From positions 3,224,001 to 3,288,000 of the forward strand of contig CM035362.1 in assembly GCA_020137815.1 (NCBI GenBank): DNA of 64,000 nucleotides, in the 5' to 3' direction. Shown here in pieces: positions 25,923 through 37,450 of the stretch. The notes below the pieces were generated by a model. The model did not search any database and had not been told where the DNA came from. It was given only the letters and a program-made list of their open reading frames with translations. Position 1 is the stretch's first letter; every line of letters starts with the position of its first letter. A program made the translations under genes and the position numbers. The stretch is from Hormiphora californensis (lineage: Eukaryota > Animalia > Ctenophora).

Positions 25923-26810
25923 ATGTCTATACACGGCTTGTGTGTGGTTGCTATAGGAACGGCTGGTATCCTAAGCAACGTGTACTCCCTGTACTACAAC
26001 TTCAGAAGAAAAGGGTTCCCAAAGCAACTCTACATAGTTTTAAACTTTATTGACCTCAGTATTTGTGCTATCGGAGTAATGAAGATCATAACTTCAGGGA
26101 TTTCGTTGTTGTTCATAAACATCTTTGCCAATCAGACTTCTGGAATTTGGACTTGTATAATTGGTGGTGCTCGACTTTTAGCGATGTCCCGGCCATTTTA
26201 CCAAATAAACAAGACTTTATTCTGGTCAATCTCTACTGTGCTGTTGGTTATGGGAACAATTACACCAGCGATTCTTATATATATTATGCAGGCAAAAGTT
26301 TCAACGAACTGGATGTTTTTCATTTGTGCAACTGGAATTGTCCTGATTAACCTTATGCTAACAGTTTGTACAGGCATCCTTCTCAACCGAAAATCAGACG
26401 TCGCAGCAGAAAGAGATCAACAGCGGAGGAACGCTGCTGTTACAGTTGTTCTACTGGGTGTTGTGTTCCTCCTTACCAATATCAGTGGTGCGATAATGTG
26501 GGGACTGCTTTTGTTTGGAAGTAGAGATTCCACTGCTAGTTATATTGCTTATAAAGCTTCCATCAAAGCGCTGATGGTTTTGATGGTGGTTAACGCGGTA
26601 ATAAACCCGCTGGTCATTTTAAGAAAGCAGCTGATAGGTAAGTGTTGCAGCGGTCGCCCACTGGATTCTGTTCGCAGTATGTTTCGAAATAAAACAGCAT
26701 CTGCTGAGGTTGGTGAGGCAGTCACCCCTCCACTACCGGCGACAACTGCGGAGACGCGTATTGTGACATCAACAGAAGTGAAGGGGTGTACCTCTACATC
26801 TGGTCCCTGA
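25923..26810 (+). CDS. Intronless small 7TM GPCR, copy 4 (intact, 295 aa)
   Basis: ATG at 25923 by alignment with paralogues; uninterrupted ORF to TGA at 26810. Confidence 0.92.
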   Translation: MSIHGLCVVAIGTAGILSNVYSLYYNFRRKGFPKQLYIVLNFIDLSICAIGVMKIITSGISLLFINIFANQTSGIWTCIIGGARLLAMSRPFYQINKTLFWSISTVLLVMGTITPAILIYIMQAKVSTNWMFFICATGIVLINLMLTVCTGILLNRKSDVAAERDQQRRNAAVTVVLLGVVFLLTNISGAIMWGLLLFGSRDSTASYIAYKASIKALMVLMVVNAVINPLVILRKQLIGKCCSGRPLDSVRSMFRNKTASAEVGEAVTPPLPATTAETRIVTSTEVKGCTSTSGP

Positions 26811-27351
26811 TTGGCTGATAGCCAGTCACGTGACCTAAATAACGAGTTATGATTGGTTGTTTGAAATTGTGTCGGTCGGTTCCTGGAAGGGGTTTACCTC
26901 TACTGAAGTGGCAGCTGAGGGCCCCGATCCCTCGAGATAATATACATGAGTTCATTGAACTTCGGTATGATCATACCGATCCAGCTGATTAAAATGCTAA
27001 AGAAGAATTGTTTCAGAATTGTTTGCCAAGTAAAACTACTTAAAGAGAGTGCGTCTGAAATACAATATAAGAGTGCTATGTAACTGATATTTAGCTGATA
27101 TATTTTACTTTCAAACGTATAGCCATCGTGTATTTTTGACCAAGGGAATTGGAAAAATTGGGTGGTATGATTGGGTGGTAAGGATTGAATCTACCATCAG
27201 AAATTCCAGGAACCGACCGAATCATGAAATACTGGTCCCTGATTGGCTGATATCCAGTCACGTGACCTAAATAACGAGTTCTGATTGGTTATTTACTTGT
27301 TTCGGTCGGTTCCTAAGAAATACCATGGTGATGGAGAAGAAGGAGAAGATA

Positions 27352-27523
27352 CAGTCGGACCCCGATTTAACGGCCCCCGATTTAGCGGCACCCCGATTTA
27401 ACGGCAGCATAATCTTCCCCCGATATAGAAAACTAACAGTATTTGACCCCGATTTAGCGGACACCCCGATTTAACGGACAAAACCCTTTCCCCCAAGGGT
27501 GCCGTTAAATCGGGGTCCGACTG
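27352..27523. mobile_element. pogo/Tigger-like MITE (family B)
   Basis: ta|cagtcggaccccgattta ... taaatcggggtccgactg|ta. The site is empty in the paralogous units (about 24560 and 37965). Relatives at about 5900-5952, 27794-27925, 58708-58796, 62471-62543 and 62728-62829. Confidence 0.9.
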
Positions 27524-27951
27524 TATATCTATCTAGATTCGATACCAGAATAAATTATTAAAAACTAGGACCAACAGATAGATTTTCACACGAGGTTTTT
27601 GACGATCATTTTGTGTCTTTGAGAATCACCCGAAGGGCTGACGGGCCAACTATAGGTTGAATACTAACTAAATTGGGAGAGAAGAAAATTGGCCACCGCT
27701 ACCTACTAGGCAACTGCTCCTTCATAAACCACTTCGTTGATACGTTTTCATGAAATGTGTGGCGTGAAGTTTCATGCTTTGGTGAATTCGGGTGCAGTCG
27801 CATCCCGATTTACCGGGAAGATAAAATTCCCCCGAAATGAAAAAGTAACGGTATTTGACCCCGATATACCGGGCACCCCGATTTACCCTTTCCGCCGAAC
27901 ATCCCGGTAAATCGGGGTCCAACTGTAATTGAATATATACTCAAGACTTAC

Positions 27952-28482
27952 GCCACTTGACTGGAGTCATACAGGCAGGTGTCGTTGAATGACATCCGTA
28001 GATCCTCCTCCAGATCCTCCGTCCAATATTTCATCATTCTCATTGGGAGATATGGATCACTGCTATCACTTGATTCATCGTCCGTTAAAAACCTACCAGA
28101 GGAGTGGTGTGAGTCGGAGATATGTGTTAACTGTTATACTGGGTGACTTTCGACATTTGAATGACATTAAAAATGAAGTTTTCCGTTAAGTATCTAAAAC
28201 CAATATAATAACCGATCGAATCAGGAAATACTGGTCCCTGATTGGCTGATAACCAGTCACGTGACCTAAATAACGAGCTCTGATTGGTTGTTTACTTGGT
28301 CCGGTCGGTTCCTGTATAATCACCTGGAGACAAAGTACCAGGGAAAGCAACCACAGTTTTGTTCAGACAATCTCGGGTACATGTACAAGATTTGGTTGAG
28401 AAAGCATTCTTTATTTGTCAAGTACCCCATCCGATCTAGGATGTCCTCTTGGTCGGAACAGTTTCCCCACGGGGGTTGAATC
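27952..28482 (-). CDS. DEG/ENaC channel exons 4-5 (start of thumb domain), displaced
   Basis: Exons 28482-28324 (RIQPPWGNCS...ECFLNQIL...NCGCFPWYFVS) and 28092-27952 (RFLTDDE...FNDTCLYDSSQVA). GT-AG boundaries, phase-compatible, matching the RL..PYG.C...C...CGC.P pattern. Confidence 0.8.
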
Positions 28483-28486
28483 CTTG

Positions 28487-28527
28487 TGAGAGAGAGAGAG
28501 AGTGAGAGAGAGAGAGAGAGAGAAAGA

Positions 28528-28597
<70 letters not shown>

Positions 28598-28675
28598 GGG
28601 ACATAGAGAGAGATAGAGAGAGAGAGAGAGGAGTGAGAGAGAGAGAGAGAATGGAGTGAGAGGGAGAGAGAGATG

Positions 28676-28734
<59 letters not shown>

Positions 28735-28757
28735 ATGAGAGAGTAGAAGAGAGAGAG
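28487..28757. repeat. Long (GA)n microsatellite
   Basis: About 270-bp GA run located at an apparent rearrangement or assembly junction. Confidence 0.95.
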
Positions 28758-29152
28758 TTATGTCTGATCTATTCGTTTAAAAAATAGAGTTAATAATTTT
28801 TAATTAAGTCAATTTTTGATTACCGTTCGGTGTATGTTTAGTTCATCCGCTGTATAGCATGTAGATGTAATATACATAGCGGTGACAGATTTTCAGTGAC
28901 TATCATCGACTTCTAGAACATTACCGCGGGTGTGCATACAAACAACAAGGATTAAGTAATTCAGGACCAACATACGGAAACCTTTCATGCTAATTCGCTT
29001 GGATTTATAATGCTCATAGAGCTTTGAATATTCAGACGGAAAACTCAGTCAGTTATAGGTATGTATAAAGATATAAATGGGCTCCGTATTATGGAGTTAA
29101 GTTTTTGACATGGATAATCGAAATTCAACCGTTAATACATCAAATTAAACAT

Positions 29153-32100
29153 TCATTCTTTATTGAAATTCATCCACAAAACTTCCATAATATTCTTATT
29201 TGGACTTGGAGTTGGTGATGGGAGTTTAGGAACGACTGGGCTCCGTTCTTGGTGATCCAGTTGTATCTCTGATACACCTATCTCTGTAACATGTGGTAGG
29301 GACACAGGAGTTTTCTTTGCTGGACGGCAGTTTTTGAAACGTAGAAGTATCCATTCAATAACCTGGAAATAATGGGATTATTATAATATTATGTACTTAC
29401 AATACTCAATATATCTATCTCATTTTTCAAATGTCTATCAAACATCCTTGATAGTTGACAACATGTGCCCCGATAAAGGATGGTTAAAAAACACGTGAAT
29501 GTACCTGGAAAATGGTGTAGAAGGAGATACCGACAAAAAAGTCAGATAATCCGCCCAACTCGGCCACAAAACTCGAAAACTCGTAGCTTGCCGTCTGAAT
29601 ATGTTAATGTTAATGATATGTGTAAAGCTAATTGGCTTAATTAAGTAACACTGAGCTGGCAATGAGTGACAGCCTATGTCAAACCTGGATATCCTGAATT
29701 TCCATGATCAGATCCGTATAGAACACCAGCTGAACAAGGTTTTCCTTGGCTTCCTCAAAAGTGTAGTTTGCCTTGGTTTCAAGGTATCCAGCATTCCAGT
29801 ACCTGATCAAATGATTTGCTAATTTAACAATAGACAAATTGAATCCGAGTAACTTGCATTTTTATGTTTATTGTTTTGGACCAACTGGGCTACACATTTA
29901 CTTAGAAATAAATTGATTCAGCAAACAGCTGCAAATAATATGTATGTAAATTAAGTCCAAAAACCAATTAAATAAATTAGTTTGGATGCCCGGGCCCATG
30001 TGGTGTCACGGGGGTAACACCTTAGGCTACTGCCATAATTAACGGCAACTCGTTAATTGTTAATGTATCCTTCAATCTGTCTATCTCTATCACCTCCACC
30101 CCCACTCCTCACACACTACTCATCTCCCACTTCTCACAACCCTTTCTCTCTCCTCTTATTTATCTCTTCGTCTTTCTTAGTATATCGCACTCTTTCTATC
30201 CTAATTTCCTTTGCCTTTATCTCTCCCGATATCCATCATTTATGACAGTAGCCTAAAGGTGTTACCCCCGTGACACCACATGGGCCCGGGCATCCAAACT
30301 AATTTATTTAATTGGTTTTTGGACTTAATTTCTGTTATTTTTTGGTGTAAAATAGAAAAAGCTATTTTTTCTGATTTCTGCATATTTTCGAATTTGAATA
30401 ATTCATAAATATACGAATAACGACTAAACGGTGAGAGATACGACTTTTACCAGGGGACGACCCCTATAAATTGACTATTTTGCGCCGGAATATGTCCATG
30501 AAAACGTTCTAGGACCAGCCGAAGTGGAAATATAAGAATATGCATTAAATCATGAACCGGTACATAAATATGCAAATAACGGCTTAACGGTGCGAGATAG
30601 AGATTTTTGTCCCGAGTAAGACCCCCATAAATCGACTATTTTGCGTCGAAATATGTCCATATGAAACGTTCTAAGACCAGCCGAACTGGAAAATATTAGA
30701 ATTGCATAAAATCATGAATCGGTGCATAAATATGCAAATAACGGCTAAACGGTGCGAGATACGACTTTTTGTCCGGGGGACGACCCCCCATAAATCGACT
30801 ATTTTACGTCGAAATATGTCCATGAAAACGTTCGGACCAGCTGAAGTGAAAATATCGAAAATATGCATAAAATCGTGAATAGGTGCATAAATATGCAAAT
30901 AACGGCTTAACGGTGCGAGATAGAGATTTTTGTCCCGAGTAAGACCCCCATAATAACGACCATTCCGCGTCGACTAAGACCGGTTCAAGTCTTTATGACC
31001 TTCGAGTGTGTCTATCGCAACCATGGTTAAAATGAATATTTAATGACTAATTATGAATAATTAATGAACTATGGCAATTTCGAAGTTCTCACACAGCTAT
31101 TACCGGCGCATGATGTAAGGAACCACTGTTCCAAACGGCAAGTCTCTACTATTGTGGTTTAGGAGAACACTCAAAGATAAAAAAGCGTCCTCCCCCCCTC
31201 CCCTCCCCTCCCCTCCTTTACATTTGCATTTGGGACCCCTCTGGCAATTTTTACTTATTACAATCTCCTTTTCCGAAAGTTCAGACTGCACCACATCAAA
31301 TTAGGCACTCATAGAGCATTCTCCAATCTCTACACTCATTAACATCTAACATTTTTTTAAAGCATCAAAAACCTCGAAATCTGCAATGGTATATACAAGG
31401 TGGGTCACGGATTGTTGGTCATGGTTAGCGAGGTGGTGCGTCAAAACGGTGATAGTTGAGAATAAAAATTATGGGAGCACTCTGGATCAATTCCTTGGTA
31501 ACTTTTTCCATAATTTTTGTCAAAAATTCGAAATTCATTTTTCATTCCTTCATCATTCTCGTTCATTCATGATGTGAGCATCCTAATTTTCCATCATTAT
31601 GCTATTTTTCTTTGGCTTGAATTTATCTTTCCAATGAGCACCTGAAAATGAAATGAAGCACCAGGTCACTCAGCAGTTGAGAAAATGTTCATGCATGATT
31701 TTGGCTCTTTTGCGACTTTCAAACAGCTGTATCACAGCTACCTTTCGTTCAATCTTCTTAAAACTTGGGAAACATTAGATAAGCAAAGATCTTTGCTCAC
31801 AAGAAAAATCAAGGCCAAAGGTCAAAGTTCATTTTTCATTTTTGTTAGTTCATTCCGTTCATTCAGGAACCAACATCCCTAAAGTGATGAAAGGTTTGGG
31901 TTTTGTTTGGCCCATGTCCTGCAATGACAGAGAGGTGTAATAGCGTGTTTCCGGGCTAGTTTGTGGGTGTCCATGTGATCATGATGATATCTGACACCTT
32001 TTCTGAGCCATGATTAAGGGTTTTCTCAAATTAAGCATGTAACTTGGTTTTTCTGCGATTAGTACCGTGCAGCAATGTTATGAGATCTCATAACACCTCA

Positions 32101-34069
32101 AAAAAGATGATTAGCTCAATGAAATGAGTTGATTTATGATTGAAAAGATTAAAACCGATGTCAAATTGAACGAAACGAACAATTACATCATAAATCAACT
32201 CATTTCATTGAGCTAATCATTATTTTTGAGGTGTTATGAGATCTCATAACATTGCTGCACGGTACTAATCGCAGAAAAACCAAGTTACATGCTTGAATTT
32301 GAGAAAATCCCTTAATCATGGCTCAGAAAAGGTGTCAGATATCATCATGATCACATGACACCCACAAACTAGCCCGGAAACACGCTATTACAGCTCTCTG
32401 TCATTGCAGGACAGGGCCAATAAAAACCAAACCTTTTCATCACTTTAGGGATGTTGGTTCCTGAATGACAGGAATGAACTAACAAAAACGAAAAATGAAC
32501 TTTGGCCTTTGGCCTTCATTTTTCTTGTGAGCAAAGATCTTGCTTATCCAATGTTTTCCCAAAGTTTTAAGAAGATTGAACGAAGGTAGCCGTGATACAT
32601 CTGTTTGAAAGTCGCAAAAAGAGCAAAATCATGCATGAACATTTTCTCAACTGCTGAGTGACCTGGTGCTTCAATTTCATTTTCATGGTGCTATTGGAAA
32701 GATAAACTCAAGCCAAAGAAAATAGCATATGATGGAAAATTGGATGCTCACATCATGAATGAACGAGAAATGAAGAAGGAATGAAAAATGAATTTTCGAA
32801 TTTTTGACAAAAAATTATGGAAAAGTTACCAAGGAATTGATCCAAAGTGCTCCCATAATTTTTATTCTCACAACTATCACCGTTTTGACGCACCACCGCG
32901 CTAACCATGACCAACAATCCGTGGCCCACCTTGTAGTAGCACTGGCAGTTTCACGCGCTTGTGTGTAGAAGTGTTGCGTGTGCTCTCTCTTTTGTTTTTT
33001 GAGGGAGGGTATTTCTAAGGTGGGGGCTCTGCCCCCACCACCCCGTTTATGGTGGGGGCTGTGCCCCCACACCCCCCTTTTGGGCCCGGGGCACTTGCCA
33101 GTGCTATGATGTATTACACCAATAATTGTACCGTTCAACCCTATATGGTGTTGTCTCATATATGACCGTCCTCTTCGCACCGGGCCGAAGGCATCGAGGT
33201 TGCGCGATGTACAGTCAGTGTCTGACAAATATTTGGAAAGGGCGCGTGAAACACAGTCTAGCTAGGCAATCAACCCTATGGTGTCCTCGAACACACATAC
33301 CGTTCATTTGGAAAGTTTTCAGTAGCAATGGTGTAGGTATGTTTCTTGTAACTACACGGTTCATAACACGTTGGCAGAGTATACAAAGTTCCCTGCATAA
33401 TCAGATTCATAACCAGATTTTCGCATTGAACTTGCTGGGTTATTCCACAACTGCTGAAACTTTCACACTGCGTGTCACCTGCAGGAAGCATATGGGAGAA
33501 TGAATTGGGAGAAACAAGTAAACAACAGAGCTCGTTATTTAGGTCACGTGACTGGTTATCAGCCAATCAAGACCAGTATTTCCTAATTCGTTAGTAATTA
33601 CCTGGTGTCAACCCTTCAGCGGTGGTTCCCTCCCGTGCCAGGTAGTTCGCAGTGAGTTCCGTGTAACTCGCCCCACTCCCGAACATGGCGACAGTCCCCG
33701 GCATTTCCATAACTGTTTGTTGTGCTACTGAACATAAAGTAGCGGCCTGAATAGATATTTTGATATTTATGATCAAAATGTTTAAGTAAGAAACACAAAA
33801 ACCCCAAATGAGGCTTGTATAATGTACTTTAATAAACACATAAATTAATCGAAAAACCATAAATCAATCAAATTTATCGTATTGAACCAACTTACAGTTT
33901 GCATCGTTTTGACACTGTGCCTCGCATGTTTCCACATCAGCAACTCCAGTAGACTTAGAGATCTGGTTACTGGTGTACCTATAATGAATATACATATTTG
34001 ACATTCATATATAAAGATGAGCTGTTTACTCAATAAAATATTACCTTGAATTACCGAAAATAAGGCGAC
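29153..34069 (-). CDS. DEG/ENaC channel exons 6-12 (PAN/Apple-like module, end of thumb, TM2, C-tail)
   Basis: Exons 34069-34045, 33978-33896, 33746-33602, 33478-33301, 29802-29685, 29594-29505, 29362-29153. They encode ETCEAQCQNDANCRYFMF, TCYEPCSYKKHTYTIATENFP, ENLVQLVFY, and TM2 SYEFSSFVAELGGLSDFFVGISFYTIFQVIEW. One apparent 1-nt frameshift near 33690. Confidence 0.85.
29948..30331. mobile_element. Inverted-repeat element with about 92-bp arms in a channel intron
   Basis: aaattaagtccaaaaaccaatt...ggctactgccataa is inverted at 30240-30331. No clear TSD. Confidence 0.65.
30400..30972. repeat. About 160-bp tandem repeat, about 3.5 copies
   Basis: ataaatatgcaaataacggct.aacggtgcgagata... recurs at about 30406, 30564, 30726 and 30887. 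Confidence 0.85.
31396..32933. mobile_element. 1.5-kb foldback element (Tc1/mariner-type ends)
   Basis: ta|caaggtgggtcacggattgttgg ... ccaacaatccgtggcccaccttg|ta. Arms of about 745 bp with a spacer of about 46 bp (32141-32186). A related end fragment lies at about 22350-22439. Confidence 0.9.
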
Positions 34070-34972
34070 CTGAAATTTTTTGAGAGGGTAAATTTACATT
34101 AATTTTAGGTTTCGTTAAACCACTCGCTAGAAGGTAGGCCATGCTGCCCCCAGATCAGAAGGCTCTTCTGGTATGGGGCGATTCCCGACACAAGTAAACA
34201 ACCAAACATAACTCGTTATTTAGGTGACGTGACTGGTTATCAGCCAATCAAGCACCAGTATTTCCTGATTCGGTCGGTTACTGCTTTTCAGGTATGGGAC
34301 GATTCTAAACAGCATTCTACAGACTACTATTTTTATAGCTTTCCCCACAAAACTCTATTTCTCGTAACTCTGATCTCCATGCTAAATTGCCTGACCCTCT
34401 CTAAGAGATTGAAAAGGAAGAGGGAGAGAAAATAGAAAATAATGGTAGATTCTCTTATTAATATAATTATTGTGTTTATTCTATTCCTTTATTCCGTTAT
34501 TCTATTCTTTCCTATTATTCTATATTATATTCTATTATTATAATATGTTTCTTTAAGAAAATCTCTCTTAGTTTTCTCTCTCTCCCTCACCCTCATTCTC
34601 TAGCACCATTAGACTAATAGTAACACAATGGTTTGCTGGATAGCAATATACAAGTTTTGTGGCATGCAGCGGGTCGTGCATGTATTGCCATTATAATAAT
34701 TCTTAGTCTAAGCGCTTAGTCTAACACGGTCGCTTGTAGTGGGAAAACGGTAATGGAAACTGATACGTAAGACGATGCGCAACCGTGGCCAATCAGGGCG
34801 TTAGTACGTGCTGTCAACATGCACTTTTTGCCGCGCATTATGCAACGTGCGCGTCTATTACTGTATTTCTATTACGGTAATACGACTACAAGCAGCACTG
34901 TAAGCGTAGTCTAAGCGCTTGGTCTAAGCATTATATAATGGCCTTTAATCATTTAATCATTTCCTTTGTTGC

Positions 34973-35860
34973 TAGGGTCTAACGGTGTATAACTATAAGG
35001 TCCAAATGAGGCACGGAGTTTTTCTGAATCAGCTTTTCAAGACGAATCCAACGCAACCGGAATTAGCTTTCTATCTTATCGGGAAGGTGTGGTTCACTTT
35101 TTTCATTTTTAGCCGCACGAGCCAATCAGAGGGCGGTTTCGAAATTCTGGCCTCTGATTGGCTCGCATGGCAAAAATGACTAAAAATGAGCGTGTGTGAA
35201 CCGAACCTTCCCGATAAGATAGAAAGCTAATTCCGGTTGCGTTGGATTCGTCTTGAAAGCTGATTCAGAAAGCTCGTGCCTATTTGTCCATTCGGAGCTG
35301 TTTTGAACAAAAATCTCAAAAAAGTGTCCCCTAGGATGTTAGAGGACACCTTTTACTGCAATCTGACGACTCGAAATTTTCGAAGAGTTTGAGTAGCGCT
35401 GCCGCAAGCGGCCGGAAATTATGCGAACGTTTGCGAATGTCTGCAATGATTCGCGATATCATATCATGCGATTTTTTGCGATTTTATGCGATTTTTTGCG
35501 AATTTGGCGGAGAGTATCCGTAATGAATTAGCATTCATTCGCATGAGATCGCATTAAGTAGCAAAACATTGAATTCGTTTGCATTCTATACGCATTTATT
35601 AGCAAGTGGTGGCAAACAATCGCATTATGTCGCAATCGCATTTTATCGCATTTTATCGCAACTATGCAATCAATCGCAAACATTTGCATTGGATCGCAAA
35701 CACTCGCACAATTTTAGGCCGGATGCGGCAGCTCTGCATTCATTCAAGATGTTATTCTAGGTGATTCCCCTCTAGTTATTATGTCGTAACATATTCTGGG
35801 GCACATTTTTGAATTTCAAAATTTTGATAAATAGGGAATTATATACACCGTCAGACACTA
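34973..35860. mobile_element. Second copy of the 12792 hAT element
   Basis: Same TIRs and the same tttgttgc TSD, so it was duplicated together with its flanks. Confidence 0.85.
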
Positions 35861-36577
35861 TTTGTTGCATCAACAAAGTGTGAGCTGAAAGTTTTATGAA
35901 GGAGCAGACTTTGTTACTATGCGTAACGGTGGACGGACAGACGGACGGACGGACATTTAGTTAACTCCACGATCTGCTGATTTCTAAACCCTGAATGATC
36001 TTTTCAGCACGTGCGTGCTAAAAACATCATCCCGGGTGAATGCCCTTCGGGCATTCACCCGGGCAGGGGAAAAATACACAGTATAATTAGAGGCCCCTGC
36101 AGCATCTTCTCACATGTTTAAACGGCTCTAATTAGATAACTACAAAAGATAGAAACTATTCCAAAGTTGTGACTGCACATTTGGACGATTCTCTGTCCAC
36201 TCAAGAAGTTTCATAGCCCCAACCCTTCATATAAGGGCTGTGTTCAGGTCCTCCTTTTCGTCACTTTAAAACGTCTTTTTGACTGTTTTTTGGTCATAAC
36301 TCGTGATTGGATTGTCAGAACATCACCCAAATAGCTACAGACACTTTTGGATATACATTAGTTAACTTAAAACAGGTTTCAAGATGATCCAAGCACTCCT
36401 TCCGTGGGCACGACCGCGCACCAATAGTGGTCCTGACTAGTATGCCATTTTGATCATTGTTTCCTCAAACCAGATTTTATTGATTATTTACTCTGACTAG
36501 CGGCAAAAACATCCTTGCTTTTTATAACTTTTTTATGAGACAAACTTTTCAGTCAGTGTAAAGTTTTCACCCGCGTG

Positions 36578-37450
36578 ATGTCTATAAACCAATGGTGTGT
36601 GGTTGCTATAGGAACGGCGTGGATCCTAAACAACGTGTACTCCCTGTACTACAACTTCAGAAGAAAAGGGTTCCCAAGGCAACTCTACATAGTTTTAAAC
36701 TGCATTGATCTCAGTGTTTGTGTCATCGGAATTCTGTACATTTTAGATGCACTTTTAGGGATCCGGATTCCGTTTTTCATAAACACCATTGCCAATCTGA
36801 GCTCTGGAATTTGGACTTGTATAATTGGCGGTGCTCGACTTTTAGCCATGTCCCGGCCATTTTACCACATAAACAAGAGGGTATTCTGGTCAATCTCTAC
36901 TGTGCTGTTGGCTATGGGAACAATTCCACTAGCGATTATCGTGCAGGCAAAAGGTCATATAATACGTTACTGGACGTTTTCATTTATGCAACTGGATTGT
37001 CCTGGTAAACTTGTGCTAACAGTTTGGACGGCATCCTTCTTATCCGAAAATCAGACGTCGCAGCAGAAAGAGATCAACAACGGAGGAACGCTGCCGTTAC
37101 CGTTGTTCTACTGGGTGTTGTGTTCCTCTCACCATATCAGTGGTGCGATAATGTGGGGACTGTCTTTTGTTTGCAATAGCGATTCCAACGCTTCATGTCC
37201 TTATTTCGTGCTGCTGTTATTTTATAATGATTAACGCGGCGCTAAACCCGCTGGTATTTTAAGAAAGCAGCTGATAGGTAAGTGCTGCAGCGGTCGTCGA
37301 CTGGATTCTGTTCGCAGTATGTTTCGAAATAAAACAGTATCTGCGGAGGTTGGTGAGGCAGTCACCCCTCCACTACCGGCAACAACTGCGGAGACGCGTA
37401 TTGTGACATCAACAGAAGTGAAGGGGTGTACCTCTACAGCTGGTCCCTGA
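36578..37450 (+). pseudogene. 7TM GPCR copy 5 (duplicate of copy 1 with several small indels)
   Basis: Nearly identical to 14391-15275, with frameshifts after about 36980. It may be an error-rich haplotype copy rather than a true pseudogene. Confidence 0.75.

Noticed and set aside
32937-33106. Possible small hAT MITE (tagcactggca..tgccagtgcta)
   Set aside because: The TIR is only 11 bp and there is no convincing TSD.
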